From an uncultured Pseudomonadota bacterium (GTDB taxonomy: Bacteria; Pseudomonadota; Alphaproteobacteria; JACZXZ01): 64,000 bases of DNA. Positions 35,539 through 48,156 of the stretch are shown here, one piece after another. The stretch spans positions 1 to 64,000 of the forward strand of contig CAVVLJ010000021.1 in the NCBI GenBank assembly GCA_963749075.1, given 5' to 3'. The position numbers and the translations under genes are program-made. The notes below the pieces were generated by a model, which was given only the letters and a program-made list of their open reading frames with translations, was not told where the DNA came from and ran no database searches. How positions within the stretch are numbered: the stretch's first letter is position 1; each line of letters opens with the position of its first letter.

Positions 35539-35615
35539 GCTGTCGCACCCGACCGGGCAGCCAGGAGGGGGAGCCTGCCGCCCCCTCCCGCAGCGCCCGA
35601 CGGTGCCGTCTTTCG

Positions 35616-36035
35616 CTACTTGATCTCGTCGAGCGCCTTATGGAAGCGGCCGGCATGCGAGCGCTCGGCCTTGGCCAGCGTCTCGAACCAGTCGGCGATC
35701 TCCTCGAAGCCTTCCTGGCGCGCGGTGCGGGCCATGCCGGGGTACATGTCGGTGTATTCGTGCGTCTCGCCGGCAATCGCGGCCAGGAGGTTGTCCGAGG
35801 TCTTGCCGATGGGTTTGCCGGTCGCCGGATCGCCCACGGCCTCGAGGAACTCGAGATGGCCATGCGCATGGCCGGTCTCGCCCTCGGCCGTGGAGCGGAA
35901 CACCGCGGCCACGTCGTTGTAGCCTTCCACGTCCGCCTTCTGGGCGAAATAAAGATAACGGCGGTTGGCCTGCAATTCGCCGCCGAAGGCGGCCTTGAGA
36001 TTTTCCTCGGTCTTGGATCCCTTGAGCGACGCCAT
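35616..36035 (-). CDS. rbr: Rubrerythrin, short form without a rubredoxin domain
   Basis: [29 protein letters not shown] and KAERSHA di-iron motifs. Confidence 0.92.
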   Translation of the reverse strand: MASLKGSKTEENLKAAFGGELQANRRYLYFAQKADVEGYNDVAAVFRSTAEGETGHAHGHLEFLEAVGDPATGKPIGKTSDNLLAAIAGETHEYTDMYPGMARTARQEGFEEIADWFETLAKAERSHAGRFHKALDEIK

Positions 36036-36134
36036 AGCAATCTCCCTTCGCATGCAAGTGACGTATGTCCAGCGGCCCGCCGCCTGTGATCCGCATCCTA
36101 AGGCGAGGCCCCGGCGGGCGGGCGCTCAGAGCAC

Positions 36135-36184
36135 CTTATATGACCTCGTTGGGCGCCTTGTCAACGAATTAGAATAATTGTAAC
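36135..36184 (-). promoter_or_regulatory. rbr promoter with an Irr (ICE)/Per-like box
   Basis: Minus strand TTGACA (36164-36159), 18 bp, then TATAAG. The dyad ATTAGAATAATTGTAAC at 36168-36184 resembles TTTAGAA-N3-TTCTAAA. Confidence 0.6.
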
Positions 36185-36219
36185 AAATGCTCTATTATAT
36201 TGAAATTGACCGAAAACTA

Positions 36220-36636
36220 TCAGTCTTTTCGTACCCGAACGATCACGTCGACGCGCGCGATGGCGGTGCCCTCGGGAGGCGACGGCAGTGCGCCGACGGT
36301 CACTGCGTCGCCCGCGATATCCTGCAGCTCGCCGCTTTCCTCATTGTAGAAGTGGTGATGATCGGAGGTGTTGGTATCGAAATAGGAGCGTCCGGCGTCG
36401 ACGACCACCTCGCGCAGCAGCCCGGCGGCCGTGAACTGGTGGAGCGTGTTGTAAACCGTCGCGAGAGAGACCGGTATGCTGGCGCTGACCGCCTCGATGT
36501 GAAGCCTCTCGGCACTCATGTGCCGGTCGCCCTCGTCGAACATCAGTCGGGCAAGCGCCAAGCGTTGCCGCGTCGGCCGCAGGCCGGCGTTGCGCAGGCG
36601 CTCGAGGACCGGGGCGAACTGACGGGCTGCTGACAT
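36220..36636 (-). CDS. irr: Iron response regulator Irr (Fur family)
   Basis: GLRPTRQRLAL, SLATVYNTLHQFT and YFDTNTSDHHHF motifs. Confidence 0.9.
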   Translation of the reverse strand: MSAARQFAPVLERLRNAGLRPTRQRLALARLMFDEGDRHMSAERLHIEAVSASIPVSLATVYNTLHQFTAAGLLREVVVDAGRSYFDTNTSDHHHFYNEESGELQDIAGDAVTVGALPSPPEGTAIARVDVIVRVRKD

Positions 36637-36755
36637 GGGCCTCAAATCTGGGTCAAGATTTTCACGCAAAGCGAAGCAGATAGCCGGTACCCTGCCCTAA
36701 TCCTTGGAAAAAAGAAAGTCATCTTGCACTGCACCACGCCATTTGCCCGCGGCAT

Positions 36756-38153
36756 TCAGTCGCCGGTCAAGATGCGCTCGACCAGCTGGCGGACGGTGGG
36801 GATGAAGCCGTTGGCATAGAACGGGTCCTCGGCAAAGCGATAGGCGTTGTGGCCGGCGAACATGAGCTGGCTCTCGACATCGCCGCCGTGGCTGATGTGC
36901 TGCAGCGTCTTCTGGATGCAGAAGGAGCGCGGATCGGCCTTGCGGCCGGTGCTGTAGGGCTCGTTCTGCGACCAATTGGAGAACAGGCAGGCCGAGAGGC
37001 AGCCCATGCAGTTGATCTGGTCGGTGCGGATCTCCCGCGCCTTCTCCGGCGTCACGAAGATGATGGTCGAGTCCGGCGTCTTGAGCGCCTCGGTATAGCC
37101 CGCGGCCACCCAGGCGTCGGCGCGCCCCTTGTCGAGTGCGGCGAGATAGACGATGCGCCCGCGCGGTCCGACCGCGAAGGGCGTGTCGTGCTGGCCAACC
37201 GGCTCCATCGTGAAGGCCATCTGGCGCGCCACGCGCTCCTCGAGCTCGTGGAGGTACTTGTTCTTGACGGAGGAGGAATAGAAGCCGGTCGGGCTGAAGC
37301 GATGGAGCAGCACGTCGCCGCCCTTGAGCGTGGTCAGCCGCTGCTTCCAAACGTCCGAGATCGGGCTCTCCCGGGTGAGGAGCGGCCGAGTGCCGAACTG
37401 GAAGCAGATGGGCCCGAGCTCCGGATTGTCGATCCAGTCCTCCCATTCCCGCAAGAACCACACGCCCCCTGCCATCACGATGGGGGTGCGCGCAAGGCCG
37501 ACCTCGTTCATGAGCTCGCGCAGGGCCTTGACGCGCGGGAAGGGAGGCTCCGGCCTCAGCGGATCCTCGGCGTTGCTCAGCCCATTGTGGCCGCCGGCGA
37601 GCCAGGGGTCCTCGTAGACCACGCCGCCGAGCCAGTCGCGGAACTTGTGATAGGCGCGCTTCCACAGCGCCCGAAAGGCGCGCGCCGAGGAGATGATGGG
37701 ATAGTAATGGACGCTGTAGCGCGCGCAGATCTCGGCGATGCGATAGGGCATGCCGGCGCCGCAGGTGACGCCGTTCACGAGGTCCTTGGCGCGCTCGAGC
37801 ACGTTGTGGAGGATGGTCTCGGCCGCCGCCATCTCCCACAGGATGTTCATGTGGATGCGGCCCTGGCCCATGGCGCTCTCGTAGGCGACCTTGGCCTGGT
37901 GCACCGCTCCCTTGATCGCATAGGCGATGAGCTCCTCGTGGCGCTCGCGCCGGGTGCGGCCGTAATAGATCTGCTCGAAGAGATTGCCGGCCTCGTCGAA
38001 GAAGTCGGCATTGACGCCCGAGAAGGTGCCGACCCCGCCGGCCGCCGCCCAGGCGCCGGAACTCTCGCCGTTGGACACAGAAATGCCCTTGCCGCCCTCG
38101 ACGAGCGGCAGCACCTCGCGGCCGGAAATGAGAACCGGATTGAGCGTCCTCAC
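36756..38153 (-). CDS. Nitronate monooxygenase/FabK-superfamily flavoprotein with an Fe-S Cys motif (FabX/UfaA-like)
   Basis: EGGKG, CGAGMP, EDPWLAGGHNG, MAGG and FQFGTR motifs, with a C-terminal CMGCLSAC-x22-C. Confidence 0.85.
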   Translation of the reverse strand: MRTLNPVLISGREVLPLVEGGKGISVSNGESSGAWAAAGGVGTFSGVNADFFDEAGNLFEQIYYGRTRRERHEELIAYAIKGAVHQAKVAYESAMGQGRIHMNILWEMAAAETILHNVLERAKDLVNGVTCGAGMPYRIAEICARYSVHYYPIISSARAFRALWKRAYHKFRDWLGGVVYEDPWLAGGHNGLSNAEDPLRPEPPFPRVKALRELMNEVGLARTPIVMAGGVWFLREWEDWIDNPELGPICFQFGTRPLLTRESPISDVWKQRLTTLKGGDVLLHRFSPTGFYSSSVKNKYLHELEERVARQMAFTMEPVGQHDTPFAVGPRGRIVYLAALDKGRADAWVAAGYTEALKTPDSTIIFVTPEKAREIRTDQINCMGCLSACLFSNWSQNEPYSTGRKADPRSFCIQKTLQHISHGGDVESQLMFAGHNAYRFAEDPFYANGFIPTVRQLVERILTGD

Positions 38154-38431
38154 CCTTTCACAGCGCTCCTAACCTTAAGTGCCGACGGCCGCCGACGGCT
38201 GACCCCCTGGACCTCGATCGGTGGCGCGGCAGCAAAGGATATAGTGCCGTTCTGCAATGATATGAAGTGAAATCGCTGCTTTTTGAGCTCGCCGCCGGCC
38301 CCGGCTCCTCTCCCCCGAGGGCCGCACCCCGTGGTGGCCTATCGGAAAGCAGCCACAACACTTTGAGTTTGCGCCGCTTTCACGACAGGCGGGAGAGCGG
38401 CCGGCCATTCACAACCTCGCGAGGGCCGGGC

Positions 38432-39175
38432 CTAGAGGGCCGCCATGATGGCGTCCGGGGCGTCGCTGATGACGCCGTCGACGCCCCAGCCGAGGAGCTC
38501 GGCGGCGCGCGCCGGGCGGTTCACCGTATAGACGAGAAGCGGATAGCCCGCCCCTTTCACCGCGCGCACGCCCTCCGCCGCGATCCGCCGCTGATCGCAG
38601 ATCACGGCCGCGGCATCCAGCCGCTCCGCCTCGGCGCGCCAGTCGCGCGGCAAGGCAGCGACGAGATAGCCGCGCAGATAGGCCGGCGCGCGCCGCGCGA
38701 AATGAAGGAGCGCTGCCGTCTCGAAGCTGGTCACCAGCGGCAGCGGCCGCTCGCGCGGCCAGCGCCGCTCAAGCTCTGCGGCAGCCGCCTCGGCAAGCGC
38801 CTGCTCGCGGCCGCGCTCGGCCTTGAGCTCGAGATCGAAGGCGAGGCCGAGGCCGCCGAGTAGCTCGAGCGCCTCGGCGAGAGTGGGGATGCGCTCGCCG
38901 CGGTACTCGGGCGAGAAGACGGAGCCGGCATCACACGCCTTGAGCTCGGCGAGCGAGGCCGCAGCGACGGCGCCCTCTTGCCCCGTCACGCGCTCGAGGC
39001 GGTCGTCATGGAAGACGACCGGCACCTCGTCGCGGGAGAGGCGCACGTCGAACTCGACCCAGCGGCAGCCGAGCTCGGCCGCCTTCCTGAAGCCGGCCAG
39101 CGTGTTCTCCGGCGCGCGCAGGGCCGCACCGCGATGGCCGATCACCTTGGGAAGGCGGATATCCGGCCGGCTCAA
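38432..39175 (-). CDS. ugpQ: Glycerophosphodiester phosphodiesterase
   Basis: IGHRGA, PENTLA, VEFDV, FHDD, YTVN and GVISD motifs. A TTG start overlaps the pnp stop. Confidence 0.88.
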   Translation of the reverse strand: MSRPDIRLPKVIGHRGAALRAPENTLAGFRKAAELGCRWVEFDVRLSRDEVPVVFHDDRLERVTGQEGAVAAASLAELKACDAGSVFSPEYRGERIPTLAEALELLGGLGLAFDLELKAERGREQALAEAAAAELERRWPRERPLPLVTSFETAALLHFARRAPAYLRGYLVAALPRDWRAEAERLDAAAVICDQRRIAAEGVRAVKGAGYPLLVYTVNRPARAAELLGWGVDGVISDAPDAIMAAL

Positions 39176-41349
39176 TCGCCGCCGCCCGCCTCGCGCGGGC
39201 TGCCCTCTGCGCGCTCGCCCCGGCCCTCGCGCGGCTCGCTTGGCGGGGGTGCCGCCTCCTTGCCCGTCTTCTGGTCGACCACCTTCATGGAGAGGCGGAC
39301 CTTGCCGCGCTCGTCGATGCCGAGCACTTTCACATGGACCGGGTCGCCCACCTTGACGATGTCGGAGGGCTGCTTGACGCGGTAGGGCGCCATCTCCGAG
39401 ACGTGCACGAGCCCGTCGCGGCTGCCGAGGAAGTTCACGAAGGCGCCGAAGTCGACGATCTTCACCACCTTGCCGTGGTAGATGACGCCGACCTCGGGCT
39501 CGGCCACGATGTTGCGGATCCAGTCGACCGCGGCCTGGCTCGCGTGCTCGTCGACGGCCGCCACCTTGACGGTGCCGTCGTCCTCGATGTCGATCTTCGC
39601 GCCGGTGACCTCGACGATCTCGCGGATGACCTTGCCGCCCGTGCCGATCACCTCGCGGATCTTGTCCTTGGGGATGGTGAAGGTGGTGATGCGCGGCGCG
39701 TGCTTGCTCACCCCCTCGCGCGAGCCGGCGATGGCCTTGCCCATCTCGCCGAGGATGTGCATGCGGCCCTCGCGCGCCTGGTCGAGCGCGGTGCGCATGA
39801 TCGCCTCGGTGATGCTGGTGATCTTGATGTCCATCTGGAGCGAGGTGATGCCGCGCTCGGTGCCGGCCACCTTGAAGTCCATGTCGCCGAGATGGTCCTC
39901 GTCGCCGAGGATGTCGGAGAGCACGGCAACGCCGTCGTCCTCCTTGATGAGGCCCATGGCGATGCCGGCGACGGGACGCGTGAGCGGAACGCCGGCGTCC
40001 ATGAGCGCCAGGGACGAGCCGCAGACCGTCGCCATGGACGAGCTGCCGTTCGATTCCGTGATCTCGGAGACCACGCGGATGGTGTAGGGGAAGCCGTCCG
40101 CCGCCGGCAGGAGCGGGCGGAGCGCGCGCCAGGCCAGCTTGCCGTGGCCGATCTCGCGCCGTCCCGGTGCGCGCAGGAAGCTCGCCTCGCCGACCGAGTA
40201 GGGCGGGAAGTTGTAGTGCAGGAGGAAGCGCTCGCGGTACTCGCCCTCGAGCGCGTCGATGATCTGCTCGTCCTGTCCGGTGCCGAGCGTGGCGGTGACG
40301 AGCGCCTGGGTCTCGCCGCGGGTGAAGAGGGCGCTGCCGTGCGCGCGCGGCAGCACGCCGACCTCGGCCACGATGGGGCGCACGGTGCGCGTGTCGCGGC
40401 CGTCGATGCGCAAGCCCGTCTTCAGGATGTTGCCGCGCACGATCTCTTTCTCGAGCGGCTTCAAGAGCGAGGCGGCGAGGGTGGCATCGATGCCTTCCTC
40501 GGCCATCGTCGCGAGCGCCGCCGCCTTGGCGTTGGCAACGCGCTCGACGCGCGTCTGCTTGACGGTCTCGCGGTACGCCTCGCGCAACGGCGCCTCGGCG
40601 AGCTCGGCGAGCCGGGCCGCGACCCGCTCCTTGTCCGCGTGCGCCACCGGGAGCGCCCAGGGATCCTTGGCGCAGGCCTCGGCGAGCTCGATGATCGCCT
40701 GGATCACCGGCTGGAAGCTCTTGTGGCCGAACATGACGGCCTGCAGCATGGTCTCCTCGGCGAGCTCCTTGGCTTCGCTCTCGACCATGAGCACGCCCTC
40801 CGCCGTGCCGGCGACGACGAGGTCGATCTCCGAATTCGGCAACTGGTCCATCTGGGGGTTGACGACGAACTCGCCGCCCACGCGGCCGACGCGGCAAGCG
40901 GCGATCGGGCCCATGAAGGGAATGCCCGAGATGGTGAGGGCGGCCGACGCCGCCACCAGCGCCACGATGTCGGGATCGTTCTCGAGATCGTGGCTCAGGG
41001 TCGTGCAGATGATCTGGGTCTCGTTGGTGAAGCCGGCGGCGAAGAGCGGCCGGATCGGCCGGTCGATGAGGCGCGAGGTGAGCACCTCCTTCTCGCTCGG
41101 GCGTCCTTCGCGCTTGAAGAAGCCGCCGGGAATCTTGCCGGCGGCGAAGGTCTTCTCCTGGTAGTTCACCGTGAGGGGGAAGAAGTCGATGCCGGCCCGG
41201 GCGGTCTTCTGCGCCACGGCAGTCGCCAGCACCGTGGTCTCGCCGTAGGTCGCCAGGATCGCACCGTCCGCCTGACGCGCGATCTTGCCGGTCTCGAGCA
41301 CCAGCTTGCGCCCGCCCCAGTCGAGCTCCTTGCGATAAATCTTGAACAT
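39172..41349 (-). CDS. pnp: Polyribonucleotide nucleotidyltransferase
   Basis: [24 protein letters not shown] and [12 protein letters not shown] motifs, with KH and S1 domains. Confidence 0.98.
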   Translation of the reverse strand: MFKIYRKELDWGGRKLVLETGKIARQADGAILATYGETTVLATAVAQKTARAGIDFFPLTVNYQEKTFAAGKIPGGFFKREGRPSEKEVLTSRLIDRPIRPLFAAGFTNETQIICTTLSHDLENDPDIVALVAASAALTISGIPFMGPIAACRVGRVGGEFVVNPQMDQLPNSEIDLVVAGTAEGVLMVESEAKELAEETMLQAVMFGHKSFQPVIQAIIELAEACAKDPWALPVAHADKERVAARLAELAEAPLREAYRETVKQTRVERVANAKAAALATMAEEGIDATLAASLLKPLEKEIVRGNILKTGLRIDGRDTRTVRPIVAEVGVLPRAHGSALFTRGETQALVTATLGTGQDEQIIDALEGEYRERFLLHYNFPPYSVGEASFLRAPGRREIGHGKLAWRALRPLLPAADGFPYTIRVVSEITESNGSSSMATVCGSSLALMDAGVPLTRPVAGIAMGLIKEDDGVAVLSDILGDEDHLGDMDFKVAGTERGITSLQMDIKITSITEAIMRTALDQAREGRMHILGEMGKAIAGSREGVSKHAPRITTFTIPKDKIREVIGTGGKVIREIVEVTGAKIDIEDDGTVKVAAVDEHASQAAVDWIRNIVAEPEVGVIYHGKVVKIVDFGAFVNFLGSRDGLVHVSEMAPYRVKQPSDIVKVGDPVHVKVLGIDERGKVRLSMKVVDQKTGKEAAPPPSEPREGRGERAEGSPREAGGGD

Positions 41350-41522
41350 TTTTTCCTATCCTTCCGCTATCCGGCTCATTCCGGACCGCATTGCAAAGAC
41401 CCGCCGCGCGTCCTCCGGGAACCGGACCGGAACGCGGGTGTGGCCTACCCGCTCCATGCGTGCATGAGAGAGGGGGTGGCGCGTCAGCTGGGGGAATTCC
41501 CGCGGCATGGCGCGCATCGGCG

Positions 41523-41792
41523 TCAGCGGCGCAAGCCGAGACGCTTGATCAGCTCCTCATAGCGCCCGGCATCCTTGCCGTGCAGATAATCGAGCAGCCG
41601 CCGGCGCAGGCCGACCATCATGAGAAGGCCCCGCCGGGAGTGGAAGTCCTTCTTGTGGAGATTGAGGTGGTCGGTCAGGTTCTTGATCCTCTCGCTGAGG
41701 ATCGCGACCTGGACCTCGGGCGAGCCCGTATCCTTGTCGCCGTGGGCGAACTCGCCGATGAGCTCGCGCTTGCGCTCCGCGCTAATCGACAT
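41523..41792 (-). CDS. rpsO: 30S ribosomal protein S15
   Basis: [24 protein letters not shown] and LGLRR motifs. Confidence 0.98.
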   Translation of the reverse strand: MSISAERKRELIGEFAHGDKDTGSPEVQVAILSERIKNLTDHLNLHKKDFHSRRGLLMMVGLRRRLLDYLHGKDAGRYEELIKRLGLRR

Positions 41793-41815
41793 CGCATACT
41801 CCTCGAAGTCCAGGG

Positions 41816-42751
41816 TTACACGTTGAGCACGCGCACCGGATGAAGCTGGAGGACGGGAGCGCTTTCGACCCGGACGAGCGCCACCGGCTTGCCGCCGGAA
41901 AGGGCGCAGATCATTTCGCCGTCCGCGATCCCGTCGATCTTCGCCTTGTCGGCGGTGCGCAGCACCTGCACGGGGCGTCCGCTCTTGAGGAGCTTCGCCT
42001 CGATTTCGGTCAGGGCCAGCGCCGGGATGTCGGCCAGCGCGGTCACGACCGGGAGCAGGTGCTCGAGTGCGGCGGGACTATGCCCCAGCGCCTCGAATTT
42101 ATCCAGGGAAATCGCCTGCGATTCCGAGAAGCCCCCGACCGAGAGCCGCCGGAGTGCCGCGATATGCCCGTAAGTGCCGAGTGCGGCGGCCAGATCCCGC
42201 ACGAGGCCGCGCATGTAGGCACCCTTGCCGCAGGCCACCTCGAAGACCGCATGGTCGGCGTCGGGCAGCTCCAGGAGGGCGATCTCGTCGATGCGCACGA
42301 CGCGCGCCGCAAGCTCCGGCACCTCGCCCGCGCGGGCAAGATCATAGGCGCGGCGGCCCTCGACCTTGATCGCCGAATAGGCCGGCGGCACCTGCTCGAG
42401 CTCGCCCAGGAAGCCCGGCAGCGCCGCCTCGATCTCGGACCGCGACGGCCGCCGGGCCGAGACGCGGGTCAGGGCGCCCTCGGCGTCGTCGGTCGTGCGC
42501 TCCTCGCCCCAGCAAACGGTGAAACGGTAGCGCTTGGCACCCGCCATGGCGAAGGCGACGGTCTTGGTGGCCTCGCCGAGAGCGATCGGCAGCACGCCGG
42601 TCGCCAGCGGATCGAGGGTCCCGGCGTGGCCCGCCTTGGCCGCCCCAAGCGCGCGCTTCACCCGGGCCACCACCGTGGTCGAGGTGAGGCCGGCGGGCTT
42701 GTCGATGACGAGCCAGCCGTCGACCTTCTCGCCCTTGCGCCTACGCGCCAT
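41816..42751 (-). CDS. truB: tRNA pseudouridine(55) synthase
   Basis: [25 protein letters not shown] and CGKGAY motifs. Confidence 0.96.
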   Translation of the reverse strand: MARRRKGEKVDGWLVIDKPAGLTSTTVVARVKRALGAAKAGHAGTLDPLATGVLPIALGEATKTVAFAMAGAKRYRFTVCWGEERTTDDAEGALTRVSARRPSRSEIEAALPGFLGELEQVPPAYSAIKVEGRRAYDLARAGEVPELAARVVRIDEIALLELPDADHAVFEVACGKGAYMRGLVRDLAAALGTYGHIAALRRLSVGGFSESQAISLDKFEALGHSPAALEHLLPVVTALADIPALALTEIEAKLLKSGRPVQVLRTADKAKIDGIADGEMICALSGGKPVALVRVESAPVLQLHPVRVLNV

Positions 42752-43193
42752 CGCCGTCCTCGTCGCCGGCGGCGCGCGCGGGGGCACCCGCCTCTCCGGG
42801 CACGCTCCCCTCCGCCAGGTCGCGCGCCACGGCAGGGCTTTCGAAGAGGCGATCGAGCTCGGCCGCGCGCGCGAAATCGGTATCGGCCTCGAAGACGAGC
42901 TCGGGGGCGAAGCGCAGCTTCACCTCGCGGGCAAGCTGGCCGCGCAAGTAAGCCGCGGCGCGGTTGAGCGCCTGGGCCACGGCAGCGCTGTCGCCGCCGC
43001 CGAAGCGCAAGATGCGCACCGTCGCATGCCTGAGATCGGGGCTCACGCTGACCGCGGTCACGGTGACGGAGACGCCGAGCAGATCGGGATCGCGGAAATG
43101 GCCGCGCTCGATGAGGTGTACGAGCGCCGCGCGGATCGCCTCGCCGACGCGCCGCTGGCGCTGGCTCTCGGGAAGGTTGCGATGTCTTGTCAT
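42741..43193 (-). CDS. rbfA: Ribosome-binding factor A
   Basis: SQRQRRVGE, SPDLRHA and LRFAPELVF motifs. Located between infB and truB. Confidence 0.93.
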   Translation of the reverse strand: MTRHRNLPESQRQRRVGEAIRAALVHLIERGHFRDPDLLGVSVTVTAVSVSPDLRHATVRILRFGGGDSAAVAQALNRAAAYLRGQLAREVKLRFAPELVFEADTDFARAAELDRLFESPAVARDLAEGSVPGEAGAPARAAGDEDGDGA

Positions 43194-43249
43194 GGCATGC
43201 CCGGCGGCAATGCCGCGCGCCGGCCGTCAACGGGAGGAGGGCGCGCCGC

Positions 43250-45880
43250 TCACAGCGCGCGCGCCATCTCCTCGACCTCGTAGCACTCGATGATGTCGCC
43301 CTTCTGGATGTCCTGGTAGTTCTCGAAGGACATGCCGCACTCGTAGCCTTCCTTGACCTCGCGCACCTCTTCCTTGAAGCGGCGCAGGCTGCCGATCCGG
43401 CCCTCGTGCACGACCACGTGGTCGCGTAAGAGCCGCGCGCGCGCGCCGCGCCGCACCTGGCCTTCCGTCACCATGCAGCCAGCGACCTTGCCGGCCTTGC
43501 TGACGGCGAAGACCTCGCGGATCTCGGCATGTCCGAGCTGCTTCTCGGAGACCGTGGGCGACAAGAGGCCCGAGAGCATCTTCTTCACGTCGTCCACGAC
43601 GTTGTAGATGATCGAGTAGTAGCGGATATCCAGGCCGTCGCGCCGCGCCAGCTCGCGCGCCTGCAGATTGGCGCGCACGTTGAAGCCGACGATGAGCGCC
43701 CGGGTTGCTGCGGCAAGCGCCACGTCCGACTCGTTGATGCCGCCGACGCCGCCGTGCAGTACGCGCACCGACACCTCGTCGGTCGCCAGGCGCTGGATGG
43801 CGTTGACGATCGCCTCGACCGAGCCCTGCACGTCCGCCTTGACCACGATGGGCAGCTCCTTGGCATCGCCCGCGGCGATGCGCGAGAACATCTCGTCGAC
43901 GGTGCCGCGCGAGCCGCGCGCCACGCGCACGTCACGGAGCTTGCGCTGGCGGAACTCGGTGACCTCGCGGGCGCGCTGCTCGCTGTCGACCACGCTGAAG
44001 GAATCGCCGGCGAGCGGCGTGGCGTTGAGCCCGAGCACCTCGACGGGCATGGCCGGACCCGCCTCATCGAGCGGGCGCGCGCGGTCGTCGAGGAGTGCCC
44101 GCACGCGGCCCCACTCGCTGCCGGCGATGAAGATATCGCCCAGCTTGAGCGTGCCGCGCTGCACGAGCACGGTCGCGACCGGCCCCCGCCCGCGCTCGAG
44201 CCTCGCCTCGATCACGGTGCCCTGCGCGTTGCGCTCGGGATTGGCCCTCAGGTCGAGTATCTCGGCCTGCAGCAGGATCGCCTCCTCGAGCTTGTCGAGG
44301 TTGATCCGCTTGGTCGCCGAGACCTCGATCGCCAGCACGTCGCCGCCGAACTGCTCGAGCACGACGCCGTGCTGCAGGAGATCGTTGCGCACGCGCTCGG
44401 GATTGGCGTCGGACTTGTCGACCTTGTTGATGGCCACCACGATCGGCACGTTCGCCGCCTTGGCGTGGTTGATCGCCTCCACGGTCTGCGGCTGCACGCC
44501 GTCGTCCGCGGCCACCACCAGCACGACGATGTCGGTTACCTTGGCGCCGCGTGCGCGCATGGCGGTGAAGGCCTCGTGGCCCGGGGTGTCGAGGAAGGTG
44601 ATGCGCTGGCCGCCGGAGAGTGCCACCTGATAGGCGCCGATGTGCTGGGTGATGCCGCCCGCCTCGTGCGCCGCCACGTCGGTCGCGCGCAGCGCGTCGA
44701 GGAGCGAGGTCTTGCCGTGGTCGACGTGGCCCATCACGGTGACCACCGGCGGCCGCGGGCTCAAGTGCTCGGGCGCGTCGTCTGCGCCCTCGATGCCGAT
44801 CTCCACGTCCGCCTCCGAGACGCGCCGCACCTTGTGGCCGAACTCGGCCACTACGAGCTCGGCGGTGTCGGGGTCGATCGTCTGGTTGATCGTCGCCATG
44901 ACGCCGAGCTTCATGAGCGTCTTGATCACGTCGGCGCCGCGCTCGGCCATGCGGTTGGCGAGCTCCTGCACGGTGATCGCCTCGGGGACCACCACCTCGC
45001 GGGCGATCTTCTGTCCCGCCTCCATGAGGGCCTGGCGCGCGCGCTGCTTCTCGCGCTCGCGGGCGCGGCGCACCGAGGCGAGCGAGCGCACGCGCTCCTC
45101 CTCGCTGTCGCCGAGCGCCTGGGTGATGGTGAGCTTGCCCGTGCGCCGGCGCGGCTCGAGCCGCTTGGGGGCGAGCGCCGGGCGCGCCTTGCCCGCGGTC
45201 CGCTTGCCGGCCCGCTCGGCCTCCTCCTCTTCCTCGGGCGCCGCGGCAGGGGCGGGGACGGCCGCGAGCTTCGCCGCCACCCTGAGGGGCGCCGGCGCGC
45301 GCGCCTCACCTTCGACGGCCTCGGGGAGCGCCGCCGCCGCAGCCGGCCCGGCGGCCGCGGCCGGTTCCGCCGGTTTCGCCTCGGCGAGCGCTTCGCGCCC
45401 GCCCTCCTCATCTTTGCTCCGCGCCGCCTCCTCGACCGCGAGACGCGATTCCTCCTCGGCCTTGTGGAGCGCCTCCTCTTCGCCCTTGCGCCGCGCCTCT
45501 TCCTCGGCACGGCGAACCTCGTCGCTCTCGTGTCGCTTGCGCGCCTCGTTGTCGGCCTGCACGGCGCTCTTGAGGGCGCGCACGCGCTGGGCGCGCTCCT
45601 CCTCGGTCAGCGAGCGCGCGGCATGGGCGGCTTCCTCGGCCACGACCTCGGCATGGGCCGCCGCAAGATCGAGCGCCGGCGCCTTGACCTCGTGGAGGAG
45701 GCCGCCGGCATCCTGGGTAAAGGTGCGCTTGCGTTTGACCTCGACGGTCACCGCCTTGGAGCGGCCGTGGGGGAAGCTCTGGCGGACCTGGCCGGTCTCG
45801 ACCGTCTTGCGCAGCTCCAAACGCCCCGGTCGCGACAGTCCTAGCGGCTTCTTCGGGTCATTTTCGTGCGATTCTACCAT
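43250..45880 (-). CDS. infB: Translation initiation factor IF-2
   Basis: [32 protein letters not shown] and NKVD motifs. The start may instead be at 45901. Confidence 0.98.
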   Translation of the reverse strand: MVESHENDPKKPLGLSRPGRLELRKTVETGQVRQSFPHGRSKAVTVEVKRKRTFTQDAGGLLHEVKAPALDLAAAHAEVVAEEAAHAARSLTEEERAQRVRALKSAVQADNEARKRHESDEVRRAEEEARRKGEEEALHKAEEESRLAVEEAARSKDEEGGREALAEAKPAEPAAAAGPAAAAALPEAVEGEARAPAPLRVAAKLAAVPAPAAAPEEEEEAERAGKRTAGKARPALAPKRLEPRRRTGKLTITQALGDSEEERVRSLASVRRAREREKQRARQALMEAGQKIAREVVVPEAITVQELANRMAERGADVIKTLMKLGVMATINQTIDPDTAELVVAEFGHKVRRVSEADVEIGIEGADDAPEHLSPRPPVVTVMGHVDHGKTSLLDALRATDVAAHEAGGITQHIGAYQVALSGGQRITFLDTPGHEAFTAMRARGAKVTDIVVLVVAADDGVQPQTVEAINHAKAANVPIVVAINKVDKSDANPERVRNDLLQHGVVLEQFGGDVLAIEVSATKRINLDKLEEAILLQAEILDLRANPERNAQGTVIEARLERGRGPVATVLVQRGTLKLGDIFIAGSEWGRVRALLDDRARPLDEAGPAMPVEVLGLNATPLAGDSFSVVDSEQRAREVTEFRQRKLRDVRVARGSRGTVDEMFSRIAAGDAKELPIVVKADVQGSVEAIVNAIQRLATDEVSVRVLHGGVGGINESDVALAAATRALIVGFNVRANLQARELARRDGLDIRYYSIIYNVVDDVKKMLSGLLSPTVSEKQLGHAEIREVFAVSKAGKVAGCMVTEGQVRRGARARLLRDHVVVHEGRIGSLRRFKEEVREVKEGYECGMSFENYQDIQKGDIIECYEVEEMARAL

Positions 45881-45897
45881 GTCCGTCCGTTCTTCCA

Positions 45898-46566
45898 TCA
45901 TCGCCGCTCCGCCCCCTCCGCAGCCGGGCGGGCGACCCCGCCCGCTGCGGCGAATCCGCCGAGGCGCGAGGCCTCGGCCGCAAACCGCTCGGCCAAGGCA
46001 CCGGCGCCCAAGGCCACGTGAACGGCCGCATCACGGCCAAGTGCCGCCCCCAGCTCGCGCGCCGTGAACAGCTCGACGACGGGCAGCTTCAGCACCCCGC
46101 CCGGGAGCTTGGCGCGCCCGGCCTTGGAGCCGTCGATGGCCTCGACGAGCACCGCGGCGCGCCCCTCGGCGAGCCAGGTGCTGACCTGCTCGAAGCCGGC
46201 CGCCAGCTGGCCCGCGCGGCGCGCGAGCCCGAGGATATCGAGGCAGCGCCGCCTCAAGAGCGCCTCGATGCGGTCGGCCAGCCCCGCGGGGAGCTTGACC
46301 GGCGTCCGCGCCGCCTTGGCGAAGCTGCCCTTGGCACAGGCTGTTTCTACTACATCCCGCCGCGCCTGCAACCAGATTCCCCGCCCCTCGAGGCGGCCCT
46401 CGAGGTCGGGCAGCACGCGGCCCTCGGCATCCACGACGAAGCGGATCAAGCGTCCCTTGGGAAAGACGCCGCCGCTCACGATGCAGCGGCGAAAAGGGGA
46501 TGCCGCCGCCTCCGGCTTATCCGGAGGGGCAGGCTCGCATGGCTTGGTGCTCTCGTCCGCCAGCAT
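45898..46566 (-). CDS. DUF448 (YlxR)-L7Ae-like RNA-binding protein
   Basis: RRCIVS..LIRFV..GRGIW and LGLARRAG motifs. Located between nusA and infB. Confidence 0.88.
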   Translation of the reverse strand: MLADESTKPCEPAPPDKPEAAASPFRRCIVSGGVFPKGRLIRFVVDAEGRVLPDLEGRLEGRGIWLQARRDVVETACAKGSFAKAARTPVKLPAGLADRIEALLRRRCLDILGLARRAGQLAAGFEQVSTWLAEGRAAVLVEAIDGSKAGRAKLPGGVLKLPVVELFTARELGAALGRDAAVHVALGAGALAERFAAEASRLGGFAAAGGVARPAAEGAERR

Positions 46567-46580
46567 GATGCCCTCCCCCT

Positions 46581-48152
<1,572 letters not shown>

Positions 48153-48156
48153 TCCT

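Noticed and set aside
45100-45700. Low-complexity Glu/Ala/Arg repeats in infB
   Set aside because: This is the ordinary variable N-terminal linker of IF-2.
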